Shown here: positions 54,579 through 64,000 of the stretch, one piece after another | Position numbering within the stretch: the first letter of the stretch is position 1 | Layout of the letters: the number at the start of each line of letters is the position of its first letter | Program-made: the position numbers and the translations under genes | The notes under the pieces: generated by a model | The model's database searches: none | Seen by the model: only the letters and a program-made list of their open reading frames with translations | Told to the model about the DNA's origin: nothing | IMG/VR virus record: IMGVR_UViG_2974639878_000001 | Coordinates: 164,596 to 228,595 of that record | Length of the DNA stretch: 64,000 bases | Source of the DNA: a virus | Strand: one strand, 5' to 3'

Positions 54579-55213
54579 TTATGAGTAACTCCTATAGAAT
54601 TTAGGTCTAATAAAGATTTAAATTCTAAACAAAATCTTCGATAATCATCAAAATAAATACTAGCTTTCTTATATAAGATTTCTTTATTTTGATGATATTT
54701 AAAACGAGATAAGTAATAAATGTTTGGTAAAAAATCAGCAATTTGAACTACTAGACCTGATGTAAGAAAATCATCAAAATCTAATATTTCATTTTCATTC
54801 ATTTCATCAGGAGAAATATTTAAAAATGAAAATGTTTCAACTGTACAGCCTTGAGATTCCAATAAAGTTTTAACTAAATTGAAACCAATGCCATTTACAA
54901 TATCATGATCATATAAAACAATATTATTGTTATTGTATTTACGACCATCATATTTAATAACATGATGAAGATAATTACCTTCTATATCATGTACACGACT
55001 AACATCAATGTTATGATCCAGAGTAATGAATTTATCTATAGATACAAATGTTTTTTCAGGAAAGTCTTTAACTAATCCTAATAAAACTTCTTTCTGTTCA
55101 TGAATATTATAAATAAAAACTTCTTTATAAAATTTCAAAAAGAAATCTTTAATATTTTCTAAAACAGTTTTAGAATATTTAGAACAGTCTATTCGTAAAT
55201 ACAATGATTTCAT
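54575..55213 (-). CDS. Possible phosphoribosyltransferase-fold protein
   Basis: IVLYDHDIVNG...VKTLLESQG resembles a type I PRTase PRPP loop; coupled to nadE. Confidence 0.4.
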   Translation of the reverse strand: MKSLYLRIDCSKYSKTVLENIKDFFLKFYKEVFIYNIHEQKEVLLGLVKDFPEKTFVSIDKFITLDHNIDVSRVHDIEGNYLHHVIKYDGRKYNNNNIVLYDHDIVNGIGFNLVKTLLESQGCTVETFSFLNISPDEMNENEILDFDDFLTSGLVVQIADFLPNIYYLSRFKYHQNKEILYKKASIYFDDYRRFCLEFKSLLDLNSIGVTHK

Positions 55214-55223
55214 GTATTATTAC

Positions 55224-55707
55224 CTATTTTAAATAATGTAAATAAATATAAACCCAACTCATAAGGACATAGGGAAAACAGATGAGAGAAACTAAATATG
55301 TCCATGAAATTTCTTTTGGAATATTTACACGAATCATCTTTTCATCTGTTTCTCTATATTCATCTATTTCTTCCCCTAATCCATAATATTCAGTCATTCT
55401 ATGTTGGCTCCAAATCATCATCTAATTTTTGAGTAATTAATTCAATTGTATCAAATTTTCCTAAATATGAAAGATCTACAGATTTACCAATTAAACTAGA
55501 AAGTTCTTTATTTAATTTATCACATATTTTGATAAAATCAGCTTCTTGATTATCTGTAAATCTAGAATCATATTTAGGATATTTTGGTTGAAATTCTAAA
55601 AATAATTTAAGAACTTCTTCTGCTTTCTGTCTATTCAATGTTTTGTAATTAGGACTTGATATGCCTTCAACAGAATGAATAACAGTTACAATATAGATAT
55701 TTTTCAT
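55224..55707 (-). CDS. Two small hypothetical genes (55224-~55380, 55399-55707)
   Basis: ORFs on the coding strand. Confidence 0.45.
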
Positions 55708-55716
55708 AAAATGTGT

Positions 55717-56109
55717 CTAAATTTGAAGATTAATAGCTATTCCATATGTTATTAAAAGACAAGTATAATGCAAAGTTTGATCTAAACCTATAATACTAAA
55801 GAATCCAAAATTAGGAACTGTAGGACTACCAAGTTTACCAGCTGCATATTTTTTGCTAGCTACTCGGCTAGTAACATAGTCAATACCAAAATGTAAATAA
55901 CCATTAACTGCACAAAATAGAAAAGTTACTATAAGATTTTTAAAAATAAATAAAGATGGCAAAGTAAAAATCAAACCATAAACCCAGCAATGAAATACTA
56001 ATGGTTTATTATCTTTTGATTTATTACGAGCCATCCAATCAGTTTGACAGACAAAGTCTGCAATATAGTGTAACCACACAATGATTAACACATGAGATAA
56101 ATGTAACAT
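55717..56109 (-). CDS. DUF3307 membrane protein
   Basis: HYIADF..Q..WMA..KS, H..VY, HF.ID, GLDQ.LH. Confidence 0.85.
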   Translation of the reverse strand: MLHLSHVLIIVWLHYIADFVCQTDWMARNKSKDNKPLVFHCWVYGLIFTLPSLFIFKNLIVTFLFCAVNGYLHFGIDYVTSRVASKKYAAGKLGSPTVPNFGFFSIIGLDQTLHYTCLLITYGIAINLQI

Positions 56110-56116
56110 TAAATCC

Positions 56117-56475
56117 TTATTTCTTTATACAAAATGCATGATAAATTTTAGGTTGTTGTTTAGTAAACTGTGCAGCTTGTATACAACGTTCACGAGATGA
56201 AAGTTCGACAGCTAACATTTGAGGAGCCAATCTTTCAGAATTATTTGGATTTGTATTAGATCCACTAGGAAAATAACTACTTAATACAATCATAATCCAC
56301 ATAAATTATTTCCTTATCCTTTAGGTACACAATAAGCATCTTGAATTAATTGACGCTTTTTACTAAATTCAACTGCCTTTACACAACTTTCTTTAGTTTT
56401 AAAGTTGTCTACAGAAGTAATAATATATGAAGAACTAGTACCATATGTTACAGTAATTAAAATTAAAGCCCACAT
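56117..56475 (-). CDS. Tandem pair of small paralogs (56117-56302, 56314-56475)
   Basis: MW-hydrophobic start, E.C..A..F, A.C shared by both. Confidence 0.65.
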
Positions 56476-56476
56476 A

Positions 56477-57238
56477 TTATACTTTACCTATAGCTTGATA
56501 GAATACATCAAAACGAATAATAATACGTTCTTTGCCTTCTAAATTTTGAGATACATCATGTGGAAGATAATGAGGAAAAAGCAAAACTTTACCTTGTTCA
56601 CTTTTGACTGTTCGTAAAACATCAGATTCTTGAGCATCTTCTGTCCAGTCTTCATGATCTCGATTATGAAAAGGTAAATTACCTTGATAGTCTTCAATAA
56701 ATCGAGTATAGACTTCATTGTCAGTAAGATATAAAACACCTGAAAGAACAGTTCGAACTAAAGGATTATCTTTAACTTTATAAGTTGCATCATAATGAAC
56801 TGCATGTTTACCACCTTCTTGATATTTCATATAACGAAACACAGGTGACACATGAAGAGGAACCCAATAATTTAAGTTATTAGGATTATCAGATTTCCAA
56901 TCTACAGGTGACTGATCATTAAATACAACAGGTGTTAAACGACCTTGTAATGAGTTCCATATAATTTGTGTTAAATATTTTGAAAAGTTTTCATCATGTA
57001 CTGTTACACGATAACTACCAATCTGTTCATCTTGAGATACATCTGACTTACCTTGAATACCTACAGGATGAAATCGACTATTATTTTCAAAATGTTCAAT
57101 AATAGAACTACAATCAGTGTCATTAAATAAAAGCATTTCTTTAATAGGAATATGTGTATTCAATTCTGAAGTACAATCAAACTCTTTAAGAGTTAAACCT
57201 TTAGATAAAGCTTCTTTTTGATTACTAAGAAAAGACAT
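56477..57238 (-). CDS. 2OG-Fe(II) oxygenase (prolyl-hydroxylase-like)
   Basis: FRYMKY..GG.H..HYD, LYL, G.VLLF.H...H, R.IIR.D. Confidence 0.85.
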   Translation of the reverse strand: MSFLSNQKEALSKGLTLKEFDCTSELNTHIPIKEMLLFNDTDCSSIIEHFENNSRFHPVGIQGKSDVSQDEQIGSYRVTVHDENFSKYLTQIIWNSLQGRLTPVVFNDQSPVDWKSDNPNNLNYWVPLHVSPVFRYMKYQEGGKHAVHYDATYKVKDNPLVRTVLSGVLYLTDNEVYTRFIEDYQGNLPFHNRDHEDWTEDAQESDVLRTVKSEQGKVLLFPHYLPHDVSQNLEGKERIIIRFDVFYQAIGKV

Positions 57239-57239
57239 A

Positions 57240-57458
57240 CTAAACACCTTCTTCAAAAGTATTTTCTGTTAATCGTACTGTACTTAAAATAGGTTCTGGT
57301 TTTCCATGATGATTTACATTAACATTATGTAAATCTCTAATAGTTACAAACTGAGAACTTGTAGCAGGAAAATTCCAAAGCTCTGTTATAACTACCTCAC
57401 ATCCATCTTGAATTACAGGACAATTCGCTTTTAATAAAACTTTAGTTTCACCAATCAT
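57240..57458 (-). CDS. Hypothetical protein
   Basis: 72-aa ORF. Confidence 0.5.
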   Translation of the reverse strand: MIGETKVLLKANCPVIQDGCEVVITELWNFPATSSQFVTIRDLHNVNVNHHGKPEPILSTVRLTENTFEEGV

Positions 57459-57475
57459 ATAAAAACCTTATAAAT

Positions 57476-57508
57476 AAAAAGCGATGCCTGTTTTAGACAT
57501 CGCTTTTT
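57476..57508. terminator. Intrinsic terminator after the RNA polymerase gene
   Basis: aaaaagcgatg/catcgcttttt. Confidence 0.85.
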
Positions 57509-57518
57509 AAATTACGTA

Positions 57519-58583
57519 TTAAGACATTAAAGAAATCTCTTTCATAAGATCTTCAAAGCTTTGTTTATTCTGTTCACGTGCAACTTCAGTTTGATGTTCA
57601 TGCTGATAGATTACATTATAAATTGGTTCTAACAACATACCAAAATAAGTATCTTTCTGAATGAACTTCTGATGTTCTTCTAGCTTTTCTTTTACTTTAT
57701 CTTTAGGTTGAGTACCTTTATTATAAAGTTTAAGAAAAGCTGCACATGCTTCATACATACCTGTAATTTCAGCCCAAGATGTAATACGAACAATATCACT
57801 TACAGACTTATCATCTAATTCTAATGGACCTAACAATAATTCACGAACCTTTTTAGAGTTCGCTTCTTTTGCAATATTCTTAAGGAATAACATTTCAAAG
57901 TTGGCACTGCCACCTTCATTATGTTTAATCCCAGTAACAACGAAATCCTGTAAACCTCGAATATAAGCAAAATGATACTTAAAGAACTTAGCACGAGATA
58001 AAGAAATCATTGGAATCTTTTTGTTAGGTTCATTAGGTGGTGAATATTCATAATTATTTCGTTTAGCATAACTTTCATATGCTTCAAGAATCATTGCAAA
58101 TATCCAACCATCATTAGTTGCGAGTCCTACCGCCCCTTTAGCCTGAACAGCTTGAAATAGGTATGTGCTATAAGATGGAATTACTTCACGACCTTTCTTA
58201 GAGTCTTCCAAAGCAACGTCATAGAGTTTATATGGTTCATCTACTAATTTCTTAGTAACTGGATCAATTAATGCATCATTAGCATCATATTCACCTTTAA
58301 TGTATGTTTGAGTCCATTCAAGTTCTTCTTTACATACATCAGTTAACACAAACTCACGAAGAAGCTTTTGACACTCTGGTGAATTACCTGTAAACACAGG
58401 TGAATGATCGCCATCAACATCGGAGTGTTCCGCCCCTAATACGTTTTTACTAAATAACAGAATTGATTTATTCTGCTCTTTAAGTAAATACTTTTCAATA
58501 GAAATACCATATTGATTCATAAGATAAATACGATAATCATCATAAGACCAGATTTTTACTCGGACGAGCTGGGTTCTCCATAA
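57519..58583 (-). CDS. Phage RNA polymerase, exon 2 (catalytic DxDGD)
   Basis: LWRTQ continues RNPS of exon 1; HSDVDGD metal-binding motif. Confidence 0.85.
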   Translation of the reverse strand, partial: LWRTQLVRVKIWSYDDYRIYLMNQYGISIEKYLLKEQNKSILLFSKNVLGAEHSDVDGDHSPVFTGNSPECQKLLREFVLTDVCKEELEWTQTYIKGEYDANDALIDPVTKKLVDEPYKLYDVALEDSKKGREVIPSYSTYLFQAVQAKGAVGLATNDGWIFAMILEAYESYAKRNNYEYSPPNEPNKKIPMISLSRAKFFKYHFAYIRGLQDFVVTGIKHNEGGSANFEMLFLKNIAKEANSKKVRELLLGPLELDDKSVSDIVRITSWAEITGMYEACAAFLKLYNKGTQPKDKVKEKLEEHQKFIQKDTYFGMLLEPIYNVIYQHEHQTEVAREQNKQSFEDLMKEISLMS

Positions 58584-59860
58584 CGAAATCTTCAATACAA
58601 GCCGAAAACTTGTACCAGCAGCATTATCTGCATCTATAGTTATTAACTATACGTCGAGACTATATCTTAATTTATACATATACTTATAGAATGATTATGT
58701 TATCTTTATCATTCAATATATGTATAAACCACAAGCACTTCGGAAACTCTTGTTCCCTACTCCTTCCTACAGGATAGTCGTTGAACCTTACTCTTAGGTA
58801 AAACCCTTAGAGTCTTGGCTGCTGATATTGCATTTACTCAGCGTAATTATAATAACTAATAGATAATTACACATGAATCTTCACACTTTTTAAACATTCA
58901 CGCTTGCTATTTCTAGCTACGTTGTAGTGTATGAAGCTTTAGCCTTTCCCAGCAATTCACTTGTGTTACGACAGATGTCTATTCATCTGAAGAGCTTTTA
59001 ATCTTTTCTTCAATAAAAGATTTAATTTCATTTAAAGCTTTAAATTTAAATAATTCAGTACAGCCTTTAAATGCATTACCATCTGAAATGTAATAACGAT
59101 CAGAGTCAAAAGTACTAAGTACTAATTTTTCTATATTAACTACATCTCTAGCTTTAGCTTCTAAGTCTAGTATTACTTCTTTTTCGAATTGTTTATAAAC
59201 AACAGGTTTAAACCTATCTTCAACAGTTCGTGAAGTTACACCAACTTTTATAAATTCATACTGTTTTGATTTAAATTTAACTAAATAAATACGAGCAGGT
59301 TCTAATCCAGATTCATCAAGATTAGTCATTCCACCAAAACGAGAAAGTTTTAATCTTCCACATTTTGGACAACCATTGCCTTGTAAGTGACTATTAGGTT
59401 CTTGCTTAAAATCACCATGATGAGGACATCCAATAGTAATTTTAATATTCCAAGCCTTATAATCAACTTTTGAATAATCGTATTTAGTACCATGCATTTT
59501 TACAAAATCTTCAATAACTTTATCTTTCGATTTAGTATTTCTTTTAGATTTTGCATTAGTCTCACAAGGTTTACAACCATTAAAATGTAGATGATTTGCA
59601 GGTGTCTGTTCAAAAGTATTAGAACATTGATTACAAATTATCTTAATCTTAACATTGTTTTTATTGTAGTCTATTAACGAATAATCAAAACGATTTCCGC
59701 CATACTGCATGAGCTTTCTGAATAAAATTGTCTTTTCTTTCTTCTATTGATTGCATTTAGTTCTCCTTATTTATATTTATATAATGTTAATTGGTTATAT
59801 TTCAAACCATAAAACAATTATATAATACTTCTTTGGAGAACTCAATTCATAGATTAATTA
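58584..59860 (-). mobile_element. Group I intron (1277 nt) with homing endonuclease
   Basis: Exon ends in U (AGT), intron ends in G; core elements P AATTGCTGGGAA, Q ATCAGCAG, R GTTCAACGACTA, S AAGATATAGTCT; splicing gives in-frame RNPS|LWRTQ. Confidence 0.92.
58979..59756 (-). CDS. Intron-encoded endonuclease (Zn-ribbon repeats plus C-terminal GIY-YIG/T5orf172-like domain), 258 aa, requiring a +1 frame change at CGGA (59696-59699)
   Basis: AAGGAG SD and ATG 59756: MQSIEERKDNFIQKAHAVW then CGG AAA TCG TTT TGA; +1 gives GNRFDYSLIDY, matching the internal repeat FVKMHGTKYDYSKVDY. Confidence 0.88.
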
Positions 59861-62254
59861 ACTAGGATTACGTACATGAAGTCCATATAAACCATGTTGT
59901 AAAGATTCAACAGGTCCTCGTTCTTTACCAAAACAATCATATTCAATACTTTGATAAAGTTTATCATCAGTAATAACAAGAGTATTAGGAGGTAACAAAA
60001 CATCTACTGATTGCTTCATAGCAAAACCTTGCATATGAGGATTACTAAATGTTGTTACTCGCATTTCTTTTGCTTTATCACTAGTAAAAATGATTCCATA
60101 AATGTCACGTAAATAACGGTCACTCAATGTATCTCGTTTTACCTTTGCTGTACGACGATTAAAGATATAATGAGGAGTATCAGTGAGGAAAGCCTTAATC
60201 ATTTTTCCAATAGTGATAAATACTGCATGATACATCCATGCCCCTGTTTTTAATTCACTCTCAAACATCTTAAGCGTTTTAGCACAAGGAATACGGATTA
60301 GTGGACCTAACTGAGGACGGAAATCAAAGAAAAATCCATTAGGGTTAAACTCTTCATCTGTCAATATAGTTGAAGATTGAGTTAACTGTACAGTTGATGT
60401 AATGATATCATCGTCACTAAACATCTTTAAACGTTTAATATCTTTAACTGTATAATGTGGTAATTCTTTTTCACCATGAAATACATCAGATTGTAATAGA
60501 ATCTTTTGAAATTCTACTAAAGCTTCTTTCATATCTTCATCAATAAAACGATTCCAAATATGATGAAAGAGTCTTGAATCTAAATTATGGAATAAATTAC
60601 GACCACATTCATGAGATAACGATTGAGGTTCATATGAAGAATATGTATCAGTTAATTCAGTATAACGATAATATACAATACCAATTTGAACATTTTCTTG
60701 AAGATTACCAAATTCATCATAATACTTATAGTTAGGAAGAGATTGAGAAGCTGTATTAATTTCTAACTCATCTAAAGTATTTAATAAATTTGACCAATGT
60801 TTAGGTTTATAATATCCAAGATCAGTTGCTAAGGCTGCACGAGCAAGTTTAATGCCATTTTGTTTAGCTTTAAAACTATTCATACCAAAAGCCATATCAG
60901 GACGAAGTTCTTTACCATCTTCTAAGATAATCTTACCTAAATAAGGTTTACCTTTAGTAACAGCTTTTAAACCTGTATTACTATCAATACGAGCATTTCC
61001 TGCACGAACTGCAATACGTAAACTAATGTTTTCACGACCATAAGGACCAGTAGTCATACGTCGACGAACAAAACGAACAGCTTTTACACCTTCAACATAT
61101 ACATCACGGAAACCACCATTTTCTTCTACACGTCCAATAAGAATCTTATCTTTAACATGTTCAAAACCATGCTTATCAATATAAGAATCTGCATGAACAA
61201 TTGAACCATCTTCAGGAATACAAAGATGATCAAAAGCATCTAAGATTTTATGTTCTTTCCATACATATGTATTATAAAAATCTTCAGTAACTTCACATTC
61301 TCCATAAAGATACTGTTGAGTTTCTTCATTAATAGGACGAATTACAACTAAAGCAGATTTATAACATTGGTCTTTAGGAAGATAAGCTTGATGTTCTTCA
61401 GAATAATTATAATCTTGAGCAAAATGTGAATCAGGCTCAAAAGCATAAATTTCTTTAGCATCAGCAGTTACGTGAGTTTTATTTCGAGCTGTAATATTTT
61501 GAGCTGCTTTAAATAAAGATTTAAAGAAATATTTTCCTTTACTATCTTGAAATAAAGTATGACCAACAGAACGATAAATAGGCCCATTAGTATAAGGACT
61601 TAATACTAACTTACCTGTTTTAGAACAACCTGATTCACTACTATAATGAATTGGTAATTGATCTTTTAAACGAGCCCAAACAATATTGTTCGGAATATAC
61701 CCTTTACGATGAAGAAGATCTCCAAGAGTACCTCGTTTGAATTCATTTTGATCTGTAAATAATGAACAGATAATATATGAATGTTCATCTTTCGCTTTAG
61801 CATTAAAAGCTTCACATAACGTATTATTAGCGAAAGAGTTAACTGCTTTAATGTCATTTTCTAATAAACGACTATAAGCAACAGGTCTACCTACAAATGT
61901 TAACAAGCGATGTTGTAATGCTATGTAAAGCATTTCATTTTGATTAAAGATATACCGATCTGAAGTATCAGTAAAGTAATCTAATTTCGCTTTAAAAGAA
62001 CTACGCTCAATTAAAAATTGAGGATAACTAACTTTATTTTTAGCAGGATTATAAATCGTGTCAGGAATAATGATTTCATTATCACGATACTCATCATTAA
62101 GTAACGTAATAGAAATTTCATGTTGCTTTAATTGAACCTGAATAAGATCTTCAAATCCTTCTGGAATTAACATTAACGGTTGAGTACCAGTTAATACAGA
62201 TGGAATTCTTGGAACTGAACGAAATTGTCCATTATAACCAATAGGTTCTTGCAT
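59861..62254 (-). CDS. Phage RNA polymerase, exon 1 (spliced product 1152 aa)
   Basis: Beta-like RIDSNTGLKAVT and PDMAFGMNS motifs; ends with beta'-like RNPS. Confidence 0.8.
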
Positions 62255-62281
62255 TTTACATCGATCCTTTATTTTAAAGTA

Positions 62282-62509
62282 TTACACAGTATAAGTACTT
62301 TCTTTTAAAACAACATTTTTTGTACATTGATGCAATGTAGCTTTATGCACTTTAGGTTGAGTTACAACAATTGAAGTACCAGAGACGACATTAGGATTAT
62401 GTGTTAGAAAATAATCTAAAGCTTGTTCAGGAGTATTAGCTTCAATAAGTTGCACATAATCAATATCATCAGAACCTTCAATTAAAGTTGTTACTAAAAA
62501 TAAAGTCAT
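62282..62509 (-). CDS. Small hypothetical protein
   Basis: GGGAGG SD; IEA.TPEQA motif. Confidence 0.6.
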   Translation of the reverse strand: MTLFLVTTLIEGSDDIDYVQLIEANTPEQALDYFLTHNPNVVSGTSIVVTQPKVHKATLHQCTKNVVLKESTYTV

Positions 62510-62526
62510 ATTTTGGTACCTCCCCT

Positions 62527-62583
62527 TGTTTAATAACTTAATGTAACTATTCTCAAGTTAAAGATACATTAAGTTATTAAACA
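62527..62583. repeat. 19-bp perfect inverted repeat
   Basis: tgtttaataacttaatgta / tacattaagttattaaaca. Confidence 0.9.
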
Positions 62584-62584
62584 G

Positions 62585-62620
62585 AAAAGCTCACACAGAT
62601 ATTAAATCCATATGAGCTTT
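62585..62620 (-). terminator. Probable terminator
   Basis: aaagctca..tgagcttt imperfect stem directly after a stop codon. Confidence 0.55.
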
Positions 62621-62628
62621 ATATAATT

Positions 62629-63249
62629 CTACTGTAATTCTGTAGAATTAAATTGATTAATTGGTATTCCATAGTTATGCAAGAACTGCTTTAAATTAGC
62701 AATTGTTTGTGTAACATCATCTGAAGCAAAATTGAAAACAGGAATTTTATGGTTTTTTGCTAAACCAATAGCACTGCTACTAAATCCTTTAACAATTCCA
62801 TTTACATCTGGTTCATCATAAACAATTAGAAAAGTAGAAGGAGTATTTAATTGTTCACCAAACATAACTAATGCATTTTTACTATGCATATATTTTGATT
62901 GGTTCCCAATACCACGCCAATAAGGTGTAACAGATTTAACTAATTCTGAACAATGTTGATAGTTAGAACTATTAATTGTTACATAACACTGTTTATAAGG
63001 CACACAATTTGTATACTTTATATAGGGACGACATATTTTTAAACGAGCTGGTGAAACAACGCCTTTAGACATTAAATCCAAATAAGAAGAAACTGCTAAA
63101 GATTCGATACCTTGTTCAGTACCACTAGTTCTTAAAGTAAAACCTAAATAGCCTAGATTAGTTAACAAACCTTTAATGAAAATACCTAATTCAGAATTTT
63201 CACTTAAGGGCGAATGTCCTAGAACACTTACTATACGAGATTGTAACAT
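62629..63249 (-). CDS. DprA/SLOG-like protein (degenerate)
   Basis: LRTSG..GIE, H.KN...FG..L..PS.F, AI.LA..H.IPVFN. Confidence 0.7.
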   Translation of the reverse strand: MLQSRIVSVLGHSPLSENSELGIFIKGLLTNLGYLGFTLRTSGTEQGIESLAVSSYLDLMSKGVVSPARLKICRPYIKYTNCVPYKQCYVTINSSNYQHCSELVKSVTPYWRGIGNQSKYMHSKNALVMFGEQLNTPSTFLIVYDEPDVNGIVKGFSSSAIGLAKNHKIPVFNFASDDVTQTIANLKQFLHNYGIPINQFNSTELQ

Positions 63250-63778
63250 AATTTGGTACCTCAATATTATATAACTGGCATTTAATATATCCCTGATATT
63301 AAATAATAATCAAATGTGAGTATAAACCCACACATTAAAGTTTTAAAGATTAAACATTAAAATAGTGTCTACATAGCTATATATACCCTTGTTCAATGTC
63401 CATCTTTGTTAATACATATGCTTCTACAAATGTTTTTACAAAACCTGATAACAAACCAAATATACCAGTTTCATTTCTACTGATCCATCTAGCTTTCCAA
63501 CCACCCCACAAATAAGTAAGGTATCGTTGAAAACATTTAAGTGTTACAGTTACCCAAGGCATAAGGATACTCCTCTAAAGTATTACTAATCAAATAAAAG
63601 AGTATTCTTATACTCACATTATAGAGAACAATTAGAACATGTCTTTATAACTACTTTAAAATTACTACCTATTATAGAAAAATCTAAAGAATTTCTACAA
63701 TAATTTAAAGCATCATATAATGATAATTGCGTAACAACCACTTGTTTACATTTCTTACAAGTGGTTGTTAAATTTGTG

Positions 63779-64000
63779 TTAACCATTTGAATTAAATTCT
63801 TTCAGTAAACAAATATCTAATTTCTTCACATGAAAAGTTTTAGATACACTATGAAAATTAAGAACTTCATTGTTTGAAAGTTTTGTCGTATATTCATAGT
63901 GTATTGTTTTAACATCAGTAGAACAATTAACTGTATTAATTGAATACTTTAACATTTCAAATGGAATGTATTCTTTCTCTTTATATTGTACTATTGGATA
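63779..64000 (-). CDS. 3' end of a gene entering from beyond the window
   Basis: Open frame from the window edge to TAA at 63779. Confidence 0.55.
   Translation of the reverse strand, partial: YPIVQYKEKEYIPFEMLKYSINTVNCSTDVKTIHYEYTTKLSNNEVLNFHSVSKTFHVKKLDICLLKEFNSNG

Noticed and set aside
55221..55226. TAG-G at a gene end as a target of the CUA tRNA
   Set aside because: The +1 frame is immediately TAA TAA, so nothing is restored.
58584..58595. TTG start for 57519-58595 as a separate gene
   Set aside because: It lies in the intron 3' end; splicing joins this frame to exon 1 and rebuilds the RNPSLW motif.
47411..61857. Nested alternative-frame - strand ORFs (47411, 50044, 56539, 61666)
   Set aside because: They lie within intact genes; no in-frame CGGA or other shift signal links them.
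1..64000. Genome-wide TAG reassignment (code 15)
   Set aside because: Coding density is high under code 11 and several genes end at TAG with the next gene starting properly.

Overview
Strongly AT-rich, densely coded segment of a large lytic (jumbo-type) phage genome, with essentially all genes on the - strand. Gene content (own two-barrel RNA polymerase, Ter stress cluster, NadE, tRNA-repair enzymes) recalls Acinetobacter ME3-like myoviruses; this is inference from memory, not a search. The window holds tRNA/RNA-repair and ADP-ribose/NAD enzymes, two arrays of ~120-aa paralogs, a Ter cluster, three virion-type genes, and an RNA polymerase gene split by a group I intron carrying a homing endonuclease. 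Main discovery: all three structural genes and the homing endonuclease are broken near their 5' end (codons 20, 26, 30, 40) by the same +1 frame change at an in-frame CGG-A. Reading CGGA as one unit (or skipping the C) restores full-length proteins from good ATG starts. The window also encodes an aberrant 125-nt tRNA whose anticodon loop (U33-UCG) could pair with CGGA, next to a CUA-anticodon tRNA with C33. Together these suggest phage-encoded quadruplet/+1 recoding that gates late gene expression. The frameshift pattern and the tRNAs are seen directly; the mechanism is a hypothesis.
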